Shown here: positions 8,686 through 21,200 of the stretch, one piece after another
How positions within the stretch are numbered: position 1 is the first letter of the stretch
How the letters are laid out: the number at the start of each line of letters is the position of its first letter
Source: a virus
Taxonomy: Duplodnaviria > Heunggongvirae > Uroviricota > Caudoviricetes
Length of the DNA stretch: 64,000 nt
Virus record (IMG/VR): IMGVR_UViG_3300027777_000022
Direction: 5' to 3' (one strand)
Position numbers and translations under genes: made by a program
The notes under the pieces: generated by a model
Told to the model about the DNA's origin: nothing
The model's database searches: none
What the model saw: the letters and a program-made list of their open reading frames with translations, nothing else

Positions 8686-10203
8686 ATGGCATACAACAAC
8701 AATCAAGCATCGGGAACAACAAAAAATTTCAAGTTTGATCGCGGCGGTACACCAGCCGAGATGGGACCATTCATTGGCAGAATTGTCAACAATATTGATG
8801 CCACCCGAACTGGTCGTTTACAAGTGTTTATTGAACAATTTGCTACAGGGCAACCTAGTACCAATCCTGAAACTTGGCGCTGGGTGAGATATTTGCCACC
8901 GTTTTATGGTGTAACAGAAAAAAACAGTACCAGTGCAGGTACAGGTTCGTATCCAGGCAATCAACAAAGCTATGGCATGTGGTTTACTCCTCCAGATATT
9001 GGAACATCAATCATGTGTTTTTTTGTCGAGGGCGATCCTGATCAAGGATATTATATTGGCAGTGTGATTGACAACAGTTTGAATCACATGTTGCCAGCCA
9101 TTGGTGCTGCCAACAAATCTCAGTATGTCACACAGAACAAAACTCAAGCAGCATATTTTGCCAATGCTCCGCAACTTCCAGTCACTGAAATCAACACTGC
9201 CAACAAAGAAGTGGATCAAAATCCAAGATTTTTTGATCAACCCAAACCAGTACATAGTTATCAAGCAGCTATATTTTTCCAACAAGGACTAGACAAAGAT
9301 CCTGAGCGTGGACCTATTATCTCTAATGCACAACGAGAAAGTCCAAGCACAGTGTATGGAATATCCACTCCTGGCCAACCAATCTATCAAGGTGGTCTGG
9401 ATCCTGCTACCATACGCAAACAACTCAGTACAGGCGCAGTTAAACCGCAAGATGTCACAGTGATTGGACGCAAAGGCGGCCATACATTGGTAATGGACGA
9501 CGGCGATTTAGAAAACAAAAATGCTTTGTTCAGATTGCGCACATCTAAAGGTCATCAGATCATGATGAATGATTCAGAAAATTTCTTTCAGATCATTCAT
9601 GCCAATGGCCAGTCCTGGGTAGAGTTTGGAGAAGAAGGCACCGTGGATGTGTACTCTACTAACTCGGTAAATGTTCGTACTCAAGGTACCATAAACTTAC
9701 ATGCCGACAAAGACATTAACATGTACGCTGGCGGCAATCTCAATATGAAATCAAATGCTGATACCAATATAGGTTCTGTGGGCACTATGAATATAGCCAG
9801 TCAAGGTGAAATGGTATTATATAGCCAGTCAAGCATAGGTGTAAAAGCTGACGGAACACTGGCATTACAAAGCAAGACAACTGGATCATTTGATGGTGGT
9901 TCTGCATTGCGATTCAAAGCATCAAGAATAGATCTCAATGGATCGCCAGCAATATCAGTTACAACTCCTCGACTGTATCCCAAAACAACATTAGATGATA
10001 CCGAATTTGATAATTCAACTGGGTGGAAAGTAAAACCCAAATCTTTAGAAAGCATTGTTACTCGTGCCCCTACACATGAGCCATATCCGTATCACAACAA
10101 AGGTGTGGCAGTGAGTGTAAATCTTGGAGGTACAGGGTCTCCTACTCCGCCACCGGCAGCAGAACCAGTTCCTACCAATTGGAGTATCATAAGAAAATCA
10201 TGA
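8686..10203 (+). CDS. gp5: Baseplate central spike (gp5/VgrG-like OB fold plus beta-helix), no lysozyme domain recognised
   Basis: GRIVNNIDATRTGRLQVFI...GMWFTPPDIGTSIMCFFVEGDPDQGYYIGSV OB-fold; GHTLVMDD/GHQIMMND beta-helix repeats. Confidence 0.85.
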   Translation: MAYNNNQASGTTKNFKFDRGGTPAEMGPFIGRIVNNIDATRTGRLQVFIEQFATGQPSTNPETWRWVRYLPPFYGVTEKNSTSAGTGSYPGNQQSYGMWFTPPDIGTSIMCFFVEGDPDQGYYIGSVIDNSLNHMLPAIGAANKSQYVTQNKTQAAYFANAPQLPVTEINTANKEVDQNPRFFDQPKPVHSYQAAIFFQQGLDKDPERGPIISNAQRESPSTVYGISTPGQPIYQGGLDPATIRKQLSTGAVKPQDVTVIGRKGGHTLVMDDGDLENKNALFRLRTSKGHQIMMNDSENFFQIIHANGQSWVEFGEEGTVDVYSTNSVNVRTQGTINLHADKDINMYAGGNLNMKSNADTNIGSVGTMNIASQGEMVLYSQSSIGVKADGTLALQSKTTGSFDGGSALRFKASRIDLNGSPAISVTTPRLYPKTTLDDTEFDNSTGWKVKPKSLESIVTRAPTHEPYPYHNKGVAVSVNLGGTGSPTPPPAAEPVPTNWSIIRKS

Positions 10204-11321
10204 GTAATTTTACATTTACAGGCCCAGATGGCGCAACTTATGAAGTACAAGGCCCGTCCACTGCTACTTTTGCTCAAGCTCAAGCAGTGTTTGCTCAACA
10301 AACATCTACAGGTGGGTTAACTGGGTTACCAGTGGGCGGGCTAGTCAATGCAGTTACACAATCAGCCGGCGGGTTAAGTTCTGCGTTAGCACAGTTGGGA
10401 CCACAAGCTATAAGTTTAACAAAACAAATAGGCAATTATATCAATTTGCCAAACTTAACTGGGTTGCCAGTACCAAATGCTATAACGGTCAGCAACTTTG
10501 TTGACACCAGGACCACAGCACAATCCATTGGAGCCATTGGATCTACACAGATTCAAGGGTTGGTGGCACAAACTGCTGCATCGGTAAATCAAGCCACAGA
10601 TGTAATTACCAATACCAAAGGACTAGGACAATTTGGACTTAATGCTGATCAACTGCAACTCTCAGGATTGATCAAACCAGGAGTAGCTGATCAGATTAAT
10701 TTAGACCCATCACAATTTACCAGCATTTTGTCAAGTCCCACAAGCTGGACAGGCAAATTGGGTGCCACTAACCTTACTTCTGTACTCAGCAGCAGCAGTT
10801 TACAAACCTCAGTTCAACAAGGATTAATGAGCACAAACTTTGATCAGCTTAAACAGCTGGGCGCAATCACGGGATTAGAATCAGCATCACAGTTGGGTCC
10901 TTTAGTGAATGTGGCCACAAAATTTGGTGCAGGTACTGCCACTGAATGGTTATCAAGTGCAACCGGAGCATCGGGTATCACAAGTGCAATAACCAATGGA
11001 TTAAGTAACAACGTAAGTGCATTAACAGGCGCTGCAAGCAGTTTGTTATCCGGAGGAGCGGGCAGTTTATTATCTGGGAGATTGCCGTCGGTGCCTGGGT
11101 TGTCTTCAGCAATAGATGGCTTTGCACAATCTGCACAATTTGCGCAGGTATTTTCTTCTGATATTTCTTCTCTGGGCGGCGGTGGTAATCCTCTTGAAGC
11201 AGGTACCGTAACACCCACAGCGGCAGCAAACACAGTGAATAGACAAACTGTAAATCAAGCAGTATCAGCAATAATTGGTAATAGCAAGATACCTGTTCCA
11301 GATTTTATACCCGCAGTGTAA
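10200..11321 (+). CDS. Gly/Ala/Ser-rich virion-associated hypothetical protein
   Basis: ATG at 10200 overlaps the gp5 stop (ATGA); between gp5 and gp25. Confidence 0.65.
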   Translation: MSNFTFTGPDGATYEVQGPSTATFAQAQAVFAQQTSTGGLTGLPVGGLVNAVTQSAGGLSSALAQLGPQAISLTKQIGNYINLPNLTGLPVPNAITVSNFVDTRTTAQSIGAIGSTQIQGLVAQTAASVNQATDVITNTKGLGQFGLNADQLQLSGLIKPGVADQINLDPSQFTSILSSPTSWTGKLGATNLTSVLSSSSLQTSVQQGLMSTNFDQLKQLGAITGLESASQLGPLVNVATKFGAGTATEWLSSATGASGITSAITNGLSNNVSALTGAASSLLSGGAGSLLSGRLPSVPGLSSAIDGFAQSAQFAQVFSSDISSLGGGGNPLEAGTVTPTAAANTVNRQTVNQAVSAIIGNSKIPVPDFIPAV

Positions 11322-11343
11322 ATCTGCGCTGGAATCCAATGGA

Positions 11344-11349
11344 TAAATA
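11344..11349 (+). promoter_or_regulatory. Late promoter TAAATA
   Basis: Intergenic gaTAAATA 5 nt before the gp25 ATG. Confidence 0.6.
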
Positions 11350-11354
11350 TAAAC

Positions 11355-11729
11355 ATGCCTACATTCATTGGATTCAACACACAAAATCAATACAAGAAGT
11401 TTACTCTAGTAGACCAAGAGCTAATCAAACGTGACCTCTTGAATGCTTTTAACATATGGCAAGGACAACTGCCAGGGCGTCCTGCATACGGCACTATACT
11501 TTGGGATTTTTTGTTTGAAAATCAAGATCAAACTACCATGGCTGCTATCTTGCGAGAAGTGCAGCGTGTGGCCGGCGGCGACCCCAGAGTAGCATTAACA
11601 GATGTAAATTTATTCCCACAAGAAAATGGTGTATTGATTGAACTTGAAGTGCAGTTTGTTCCTAATACTGATGCTCAATTGCTGAGTGTGTTCTTTGATC
11701 AACAACAACGTAGAGCATCGTTTGTATAA
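11355..11729 (+). CDS. gp25: Baseplate wedge subunit (gp25/GpW-like)
   Basis: 124 aa; LIKRDLLNAFNIWQGQLPGRPAYGTILWDFLFE...DPRV pattern; upstream of gp6. Confidence 0.9.
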   Translation: MPTFIGFNTQNQYKKFTLVDQELIKRDLLNAFNIWQGQLPGRPAYGTILWDFLFENQDQTTMAAILREVQRVAGGDPRVALTDVNLFPQENGVLIELEVQFVPNTDAQLLSVFFDQQQRRASFV

Positions 11730-11757
11730 ACGTAGCCGTTTATAGATTCGGTAAATA
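11725..11757 (+). promoter_or_regulatory. Late promoter with upstream palindrome
   Basis: TATAAAC-gtagcc-GTTTAT-agattc-GGTAAATA, same spacing as 3504-3536. Confidence 0.7.
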
Positions 11758-11777
11758 ACAAATAACAACGGACGATC

Positions 11778-14700
11778 ATGGCAACCACTACTAGACAAAC
11801 AGTTATATTCGGGGTAGAAGATTGGAAACGCATCTACGAGACCTATAGAGAAGCGGATTTCCAAAGTTACGACTTTGAAACCTTACGCAAAAGTTTTGTA
11901 GACTATCTGCGCCAGTATTATCCTGAGACGTTCAATGATTACATTGAAAGTTCCGAATTCATTGCATTATTAGATGTAATAGCATTCATGGGTCAGGCCA
12001 TGAGTTTTCGTAACGATCTCAACACCAGAGAAAACTACATAGACACTGCTGAACGTAGAGACAGCGTGGTTCGCCTGGCCAATTTAATAAGTTACACACC
12101 CAAAAGAAATACTGCTGCCAGTGGATATCTCAAGGTGTTTTCGGTACAAACCACAGAAAATATTACAGATTTCAATGGTATAGATCTAGCCAATGTCACA
12201 ATCAACTGGAACGATCCTACCAATTTCAACTGGTTGGAGCAGTTCACCGCTGTTGTCAATGCAGCATTAGTAGATACACAGCGAGTTGGTCGCCCAGGCA
12301 ACCGTGAAACTATTGTGGGTGTGGACACATCAGAGTATTCAATTAACCTAGTGCCTGGATTTTTGCCAGTGCTGCCTTACACAGCCACTGTGGACGGCGT
12401 CAACATGCCATTTGAAGCAGTGAATGCCACCTCGGTGGGAACACCATCAACTTCACCGTTTATCTTTGAACCAGCACCACAACCCAGTGGCATTTTCAAC
12501 ATGTTGTTCCGCAATGATTCACTGGGTTATGCAGCAGCCAATACAGGATACTTTTTTTATTTCAAACAAGGTGTATTACAGAATCAAGATTTTAACTTGG
12601 CCGAACGTATCCCTAATCGTACAGTTAATATCAATATTGACGGTGTAAACAACGAAGATCGTTGGTTGTTCCAATTGGACAACACTGGCACCGTGACTAA
12701 AGAGTGGCAGTATGTACAGTCTGTATATGCTGCGGCAGCAGAACAATTGGCTCCTGAACAACGCAGTTTGTTTTCAGTAACATCCAGAGCCAACGATCAA
12801 ATTACATTGACATTTGGTGATGGGGTATTCTCAGCTGTGCCCACCGGATTGTTTCGTGCGTATGTTCGTGCATCAAACGGATTGCAATACATTATCAATC
12901 CAGACGAAATGCAAAGTGTTGTGTTGCCTATCAGCTATATCAGCAGATCAGGGCAAATAGAAACTATCACATTCACTTGTGGTATTACAACACCTGTAAG
13001 TAATGCTCAAGCTAGAGAAACACTGGATGAGATCAAACAACGTGCGCCTGCCAGATACTACACACAGAATCGCATGGTCAACGGTGAAGATTATACTAAC
13101 TTTCCGTTTACTGAATACAATTCTATCATAAAGAGTTATGCATTAAATCGTGCCAGTATTGGCACCAGTCGATATCTTGATCTAGTAGACAACACAGGCA
13201 AGTATAGCTCTACAAATATTTTTGCGTCTGACGGTGCCTTGTGGGAAGACAATCAGCTGCCTACATTTTTGTTTACTTGGCTTACCAACAATGAAATTGC
13301 CAATGTGATTGTTAATCAAGTACAGCCTTTAATATCAACCAATGCATTTGTGCAGTTTTACTATGACAACTTCATTAGACCAGATCTAGCAGTGTTAAAT
13401 TTATCCTGGAATCAGAGTACAACCTTGGCCAACGAAACCACTGGATACTTTAAGAATGCTGCTGGTAACCCTGCGCCTATCAGTATATACAGCAGTTCTA
13501 ATTCAAAGTTTATCACTGTGGGCAGTTTGGTTAAATTTGCAGCACCACCTGGATATTTCTTTGATGCTAACAATCGTCTCAAGTTGGGTATACCTACCTT
13601 GGCCGATGAACGACTGTATTTTTGGGCTAGTCCTTTAAGTATCTATTTAGACGGCACCAATCAAGGGCAAGGAAACTTTGTGGACGGAACAGGTCCGGTG
13701 GCATTGAATGTTTTTGTACCAACTGGTGCTATACCTGTACGAGTAATTCCATTGTTGATCACCAGTTTGCCCAGTAGTTTGATCACAGAAATCACACAGC
13801 AAATTTTGCTGTATAGAAATTTTGGTCTGGGTTATGACAACACAGGTGAAATCACAGGGACTCCTTACACTTGGTATCTAATCACTTCCAACAACATAGA
13901 CATTGATGCCAAATTTAGTTTGGCCAATGCAGGCAGCACATCGGGTACAAATCAAGATGCTTCATGGATGATACAAGCAGTGACCAATGGAACAAAATAC
14001 ACCGTGACCAATCGTGCCTTGTTATACAACTGGGGATCAGTTTTACAAACCAGATTCTTCTTTGAGAATGGCAATCGAATTTACGATCCTCGACTGGGCA
14101 ACATAGTGAGCGACTATATCAATGTGCTCAAAGTCAACAGCTTGCCTGACTCAAACAGCCCTCAACCAGGAGATATCTATCTCAAAATTACTGGACAACC
14201 AGTGGAGTCTGATGGGTTGGTTGACGACTTCCAAGTCATTGTCAGTTACGAAGACCGCAACAACGATGGGGTCACAGATAATCCTGATTTTTTTGATGAG
14301 ATTGTTGCACCCAATGTGAATTCAAATACAAAATATGTGTTTTTCCAAAAGACTGTGGACTTTGATAATCTACAACGTTATTTGTTGATTGCTCCGGGCA
14401 TTGTGAATTATGACTATGCTACCATGAATGATATTGAAGTTGTAAAAGCCCAGTATATTGTTGGACAGATATTTTATGCATATTCTCAAACAATAACAGT
14501 AGGGCCATTGGCTGGACAAGTGGGTGCGTTTTATCAATTGGTAATCAGTACCAATGGAACAAAAATACTACTAGATGTAACTGCTGAGTGGTTGGCCAAG
14601 GTAGGTCGATCAGGTATGTATTTCCAATACAGGCACAATGCTCCGTTGACAGATCGTATTGATCCAGGCACCACTAACATTATTGATTTGTATGTGGTCA

Positions 14701-15248
14701 CACAGGCCTACTATACTTCTTATCAGAATTGGATTAGAGATTCAACAAACACAGTTCCCAAACCAGATGTTCCCACAATCAATGAACTTGACACCGCGTA
14801 TCAAGGCCTGGACGCTTACAAGATGATATCTGACAATATAGTATTAAATTCAGTATCATTCAAACCATTGTTTGGTCCCAAAGCAGCTGAAAATCTACGT
14901 GCAACTATCAAGGTAATACGTGCTGCCAATTCCACTGCCAGTGAAAGTGAAATTAAAACCCTGGTAGTGGCCAATTTGAATGAATATTTCAGTATTGACA
15001 AATGGAATTTTGGAGATACATTTTATTTCTCAGAACTGGCTGCGTACATACACAGAAACATGGGCGGTATTGTGAGTTCAGTGGTCTTGGTACCACTGGA
15101 TCCGACAAAATATTTTGGTGATTTGTATGAAATACATTCGGCACCAAATGAAATATTTGTAAATGGTGCTGGTGTAAGCTCAGTGGAGGTTATCACTTCC
15201 TTGACATCAACTAATATCAGAACTGCACCCGGCAGCGGAGTAATTTAA
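11778..15248 (+). CDS. gp6: Baseplate wedge protein (T4 gp6-like)
   Basis: [71 protein letters not shown]. Confidence 0.92.
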   Translation: MATTTRQTVIFGVEDWKRIYETYREADFQSYDFETLRKSFVDYLRQYYPETFNDYIESSEFIALLDVIAFMGQAMSFRNDLNTRENYIDTAERRDSVVRLANLISYTPKRNTAASGYLKVFSVQTTENITDFNGIDLANVTINWNDPTNFNWLEQFTAVVNAALVDTQRVGRPGNRETIVGVDTSEYSINLVPGFLPVLPYTATVDGVNMPFEAVNATSVGTPSTSPFIFEPAPQPSGIFNMLFRNDSLGYAAANTGYFFYFKQGVLQNQDFNLAERIPNRTVNINIDGVNNEDRWLFQLDNTGTVTKEWQYVQSVYAAAAEQLAPEQRSLFSVTSRANDQITLTFGDGVFSAVPTGLFRAYVRASNGLQYIINPDEMQSVVLPISYISRSGQIETITFTCGITTPVSNAQARETLDEIKQRAPARYYTQNRMVNGEDYTNFPFTEYNSIIKSYALNRASIGTSRYLDLVDNTGKYSSTNIFASDGALWEDNQLPTFLFTWLTNNEIANVIVNQVQPLISTNAFVQFYYDNFIRPDLAVLNLSWNQSTTLANETTGYFKNAAGNPAPISIYSSSNSKFITVGSLVKFAAPPGYFFDANNRLKLGIPTLADERLYFWASPLSIYLDGTNQGQGNFVDGTGPVALNVFVPTGAIPVRVIPLLITSLPSSLITEITQQILLYRNFGLGYDNTGEITGTPYTWYLITSNNIDIDAKFSLANAGSTSGTNQDASWMIQAVTNGTKYTVTNRALLYNWGSVLQTRFFFENGNRIYDPRLGNIVSDYINVLKVNSLPDSNSPQPGDIYLKITGQPVESDGLVDDFQVIVSYEDRNNDGVTDNPDFFDEIVAPNVNSNTKYVFFQKTVDFDNLQRYLLIAPGIVNYDYATMNDIEVVKAQYIVGQIFYAYSQTITVGPLAGQVGAFYQLVISTNGTKILLDVTAEWLAKVGRSGMYFQYRHNAPLTDRIDPGTTNIIDLYVVTQAYYTSYQNWIRDSTNTVPKPDVPTINELDTAYQGLDAYKMISDNIVLNSVSFKPLFGPKAAENLRATIKVIRAANSTASESEIKTLVVANLNEYFSIDKWNFGDTFYFSELAAYIHRNMGGIVSSVVLVPLDPTKYFGDLYEIHSAPNEIFVNGAGVSSVEVITSLTSTNIRTAPGSGVI

Positions 15249-18200
15249 TGGCCACAACAAAGTCGGTAGATTTTTTACCACCAATATTTCAAACCAGCAC
15301 CAACAAGCAATTCTTATCGGCTACCTTGGATCAACTGATTCAGGAACCTGAGTTCAAAAAAACCCAAGGATTTGTTGGACGTCATGTGGGCCCTGGAGTA
15401 AATCCCAACGACTACTATGTAATCGAACCCACTGCGTCTCGATCAAACTATCAGCTGGAACCGGGTGTTATAAGTTTAGTACCTGATACCAATACCATTC
15501 AAGATGCAGTGACTTATCCAGGTATCACCGATGCAATAGGTCGTCAAGGCGGGTTTACCAACAACTCGTCAAGACTTTATACCAGCGATTATTACACTTG
15601 GGATCCTTTTATAAACTTTGATAAGTTTACAAATTACAGCCAATATTACTGGTTACCCGGCGGGCCAATATCCGTAGGTGTAAGTGGATCTACAATTCCT
15701 ACCACTGCCACATACGATGTAACCAGAGCAACTACATATTATGAATTTTCAAGTATAAAAGGTAAAAATCCTGTAATCACTTTGGTTCGCGGCGGCACAT
15801 ATGAGTTTGCAGTCAATCAAGCGCCTAATGCTTTTTGGATACAAGCCGAACCAGGCGTAAGTGGACGATTGCCTTATGCACCTAACATCAGCTCAAGAAC
15901 TGTGTTGGGTGTTACCAACAATGGCGAAGATTCAGGAACTGTTACTTTTAGTGTGCCTTATAAAACTGCTCAACAGTTTTATTACAATCTAGCTCTGGCT
16001 CCTACTATTCCCACAGCAGGGCAAGTTGATTTAGTAACCAACATTGACTATAATCAAATCAACGGGTCATTGGTATCTACATTCTTTGCCAACTATCCTT
16101 CAGGTATAGATGGCATAACTAATCTTCAAAATCGCACAGTGATATTTGACAATACCACAGCACCTACCAACGTATATCAAATACAATATATAGGCACTGG
16201 ATTAGGTCAAACTATACAACTGATTCCGGTGTTGTCAGTTCCTGCCCTGAACAAATTTACTATCATGTTTGGTACTGAATACAGTACCACACAGTGGTAT
16301 CTCAATGCATCTGGCTATTTTGAACAAATACCATTGCTGACTGCTGTGCAAGATCTACTGTGGTATCAAGACGGAACTAACCCAGAAATTTTTGGGCAAA
16401 TTAGATTGGTAGATCAGACTCAGTCAGTGACCATTGATGTGATCACTGACATACTTGGCAAGAAAAACTATACTTCTCCCAATGGAGTAGTATTCACCAA
16501 CAATTTAAAGATAACATTTGAAGGTGAAGTATTTCCTACTAGCTATCAGGCGCAGACTTACTATGTAGCTGGGGTAGGCACGGCCATACAGTTGTTGTTG
16601 GAAACCGATTACGTCACTCCTGAAATTGTACGTACTGCCACTACTCCTTGGGATTTTGTGCCATGGGATTCGGGCAACTGGGACGGAACACTAAATCAAC
16701 CATTGGATCCTGATTACATTACAATAGCGTTAGACAGTGCTGATCTCAATGCTTGGACAAGATCAAATCGCTGGTTTCATATTGACGTAATCAACGCAGC
16801 CGCCGCTTACAATAACACAAATGTAGTGTTGGACAATGTATTCCGAGCCAAACGTCCTATCATTGAGTTTCGCGGCGGTACACGTTTGTACAATATGGGC
16901 ACACAAGCCAAAGATCCAGTGAACATAATTGATCTTGCCCAAACTGATGCACTGTCCAACGTGAATGGCGCTACTGAATATTATGTAGACGGATATCAAT
17001 TGCAGCAAGGCAGCAGAGTTATCTTTGCACAGGATGACGATTTTAATGTACGCAACAAGATTTATGTGGTGAATTTTATCAGCCCAGCTTCGGTACCATT
17101 GCCCGACAGTTCGCTAGTGGACCAGCCTATTATTGATCTAGTACCAGCAGATGACGCATTGTCACTGATTGATCAGTGTGTGGTTTGTTTGAGTGGTAAC
17201 ACCCTGCAAGGCGTGACTTTTTATTATGATGGCGTGCAATGGATTCGGGCACAGCAGAAAACAGTTGTGAATCAAAATCCCATGTTTGACGTGTACGATC
17301 AAGCAGGATATAGCCTTGGTAATCGTGTGATGTATCCAAGCTCGACTTTTTCAACCAACAAAAACAATCTTGGTACTGTGACTGGCGGTAGCCCATTATT
17401 CAGTTATGCAATTGGTCCAGGTACAGTGGCAGATACTGTGTTGGGATTTCCGCTGAAATATCTCAGCTTGAACAACATTGGCGATATTGTGTTTGATAAC
17501 AATCTGTATGCAGACACGTTTATCTATGTCAAAGACAATGTACAACAAACTGAAAATATCAGTATAGGGCATGTTCGACAATATGAAAATCGAACTGTGT
17601 ATGTAAAAGAACTTGGCTGGCAAAAAGCTGCGGTCAAAAGTCAAATTTATCAACAGTTCAACTTTACATACAGTACCACTCCGATAACAGCATCTATCTC
17701 AGGTACAACACTAACTGTGACACAGGTTCCGGCCACAGGTTCACTGTTGATAGGGCAAAGTCTTGCTGGCAAAGGAGTCATTCCGGGTACTCAAATCACA
17801 GGATTACTCACAGGCACCGGCGGAACAGGAACTTATATTGTTAGCCCGTCACAGACTGTGCTGTCGGAAATTATCACAGCAACTACACCATTGATTTTGG
17901 ATGTGGCTGCTGTGCCAACTGGATTGGTACCTAGTGTTAAAGTGTATGCCACCAGTGTGAGTCAAAACTACAGTAGTTCATTCCAAGACCCGGGTAATTA
18001 CACAGTCACTACCACAGATGACACCACAATCATTAGATTCAATCCCACAACAAAAATAGTGTTGGGTGATATTGTTGAAGTATTGGTTCTAAGCAATCAG
18101 GTAAGTGCTGCGGGGTTTTATCAAGTTCCTATCAACTTGGAAAACAATCCATTAAACGGCAATAATCCATATTTTACATTGGGTACCATAAGAACACATT

Positions 18201-21200
18201 ATGATACTATTGCAGAAAATTTAGTCAACCTCACTGGCATTGTGAATGGTGCCAATAACACAAGAGACCTGGGCAATATTGTTCCTTACGGTTTGAGCAT
18301 TTTGCAACAAAGCTCACCTATGACGCTGGCTGGGTACTTTTTACGCAAACCTGATTACGATATCTTCGCATCGTTGGCTTTCAATTCTAGAGAATACGAA
18401 AAATTCAAAGCTCAGTTCTTGAACACAGCAATTCAGGGTGACTACACAAATATGTCAGTGGCAGAAATACTGAATGCAGTATTTTCTGAAATCAACACAG
18501 GTCGTACCAGTTCAAATCCATTCTATTGGTCAGACATGTTGCCTACGGGTACCGTGTACACACAGCTTCAAACTACTATAACACCAATCACCGGAAGAGT
18601 ATTTGACCTCACACAAGTGTACAATTACACGTCTGCCAATTATCAAGCATTGCTGGTGTACATCAACAATCGACTGCTAACTAGAAATGTAGAATACATT
18701 GTCAGTGTTGATGCACCGGTGATTGTTATTGACGAATTAGTACCATTGGCAGTGGGTGATGTAGTGACCATTCAAGAGTACGAAGCTACTTTTGGTAGCT
18801 ATGTTCCTAATACTCCTACCAAATTGGGATTGTATCCAGCGTATGTTCCTGAAATATTTCTAGATGAAACTTATGTAACACCCACATTTGTCATTCGCGG
18901 GCATGATGGATCTATCACTAGGGCATTCAGCGATTTCCGTGATCAGTTGTTGTTGGAGTTTGAAACAAGGATTTACAACAACTTGAAACTGGATGGCAAT
19001 CCTGTGCCATTGACTGCTGCAGAAGTTATTCCAGGACAATTTCGCACCACTGGTTACAGTCTGGTAGAGATACAAAATATTCTAAATCAAGACTTTTTGA
19101 CTTGGGTAGGATGGAATAAACTTGATTACAAAACACAAGATTACATTGCAACCAACGAATTTACTTGGAATTACAGCACAGCATCAAACAAACTCACACG
19201 TGATCCATTGCTGATTGGCGCCTGGCGCGGCATCTATAATTACTTCTACGATACTATCTATCCTGATACCCGGCCCTGGGAGTTGCTGGGATTCAGTGAA
19301 CGCCCAATTTGGTGGCAAAATCAATATGGCCCAGCACCTTATACTTCGGGTAACTTGGTGTTATGGGGCGACCTGGCAGCAGGCCTGGTAAGAGATCCAG
19401 TTGCTCCTTATATTCGTGCAGCATATGTTCGCCCTGAACTACTGCAAGTGATTCCAGTTGACAGCGAAGGCCAATTATTGAGTCCACAACAAGTGGTAGT
19501 AGGTAACTTCAACACAGCTGATTTCCGCAAGAGCTGGGTGGCTGGCGACGACGGTCCTGTAGAAAATGCCTGGCGCACTTCGAGCGCATATCCATTTGCT
19601 ATCATGAGATTGTTGGCATTGACTCGCCCGGCTGAATTTTTCTCATTGTTTGCTGACAGAGATCTGTACAAGTTTGACACTGATTACAATCAGTATCTGT
19701 ACAATAATCGTTATAGATTAGATGCCAATGGAGTGGAAGTGTATGGCAACGGTACCAGCAAAGCCAGTTACATTGATTGGATAGTAGATTTTAACCGAGT
19801 GAGTGGTATCAACTCAACTGATGCACTTACAGCTGATCTCAAAAATCTTGACGTGAGATTGTGTTATAGAATGGCATCATTTAGCGGAAAAAATCTGCTA
19901 GAGCTCTATACTGAAAAATCTAGCCCTAACAGTTCAAATTCTAGCTTGTTGTTACCAGACGACAGCTACAATCTGTTGTTTTACAAAAATGTACCATTTG
20001 ACCAACTCACCTACTCTAGTGTGATTGTGCAAAGCACTACCAACGGCTGGGCTGTGTATGGTTACAATATGAGCCAACCATATTTTAACATTCTACAAAG
20101 CAAGATCAACGGCAATTTAGGTACCATATCAGCTGGCAGTAGCACAGTTCGTGTTCCGGTAGCATATACCAATAATGTAGTGCAGATTCCATATGGGTAT
20201 GTGTTTACTAATCAAACATTAGTAGCTGATTTCTTATTGAGTTATGGAGCACTATTACAACGCCAAGGCCTTGTGTTCAACACAGTAGAAAATGGATATG
20301 TGTTAGACTGGAATCAAATGGTCAGTGAATTCTTGTACTGGAGCAATCAAGGATGGGATACTGGTAGTATTATTAATTTGAACCCAGGTGCAAGCAAATT
20401 GATTGTAGAACGTGTTGGTGCAATTGTTGATAGCATTGCAGTACAAACCACAGAAAACATGGTGTTGAATGCTGACCGTACACCATTCAACGCTAGAGAT
20501 TTGGTAATTGAAAGACTGGATAATACTTTTACTATTACCAGTTTGACCACTGAGACTATCAACTTCCTCAACATCAAGTTCACCAGTTATGAAAACATGA
20601 TTGTGTTGGACAATACCAGTATCTTTGCCGACTTGATCTATAATCCCATAACTGCTGCAAGACAAAGCCGTATTAGACTGGTAGGATGGACTACCACGGA
20701 ATGGAACGGTCAATTAAATGCTCAAGGGTTCATCTTGAATCAAGATGATGTTAAACCATGGAATCCATTGAAAAAATATGCTCGTGGTGAAATTGTAAAA
20801 TGGAAAAATACTTATTACAGTGCTCTTGACATAGTACAGCCATCTGCAGAGTTTGATATCAACAACTGGAGAGTGTCTAACTATACATTAATCCAACAAG
20901 GATTATTGCCTAATTTGGCCAACAAAAGCAATCAACTGGCCAACAGTTACAATATCTACACTGCCAATCTTGAACTCAATCAAGATTTATTCTCATATGC
21001 GTTGATTGGATGGAAACCTCGACAGTACATGGTGAATCTAGAATTAGATAGTACCAGCCAAGTTAGCTTATATCAACAATTTTTAGGTACCAAAGGCACA
21101 CTACGTGCTGCTGACATATTTTCGTTTGCTGACATAGGGCATGGACCTACACAGTATCAGATCTATGAAAACTGGGCCATCCTTCGCGGAGTATACGGTG

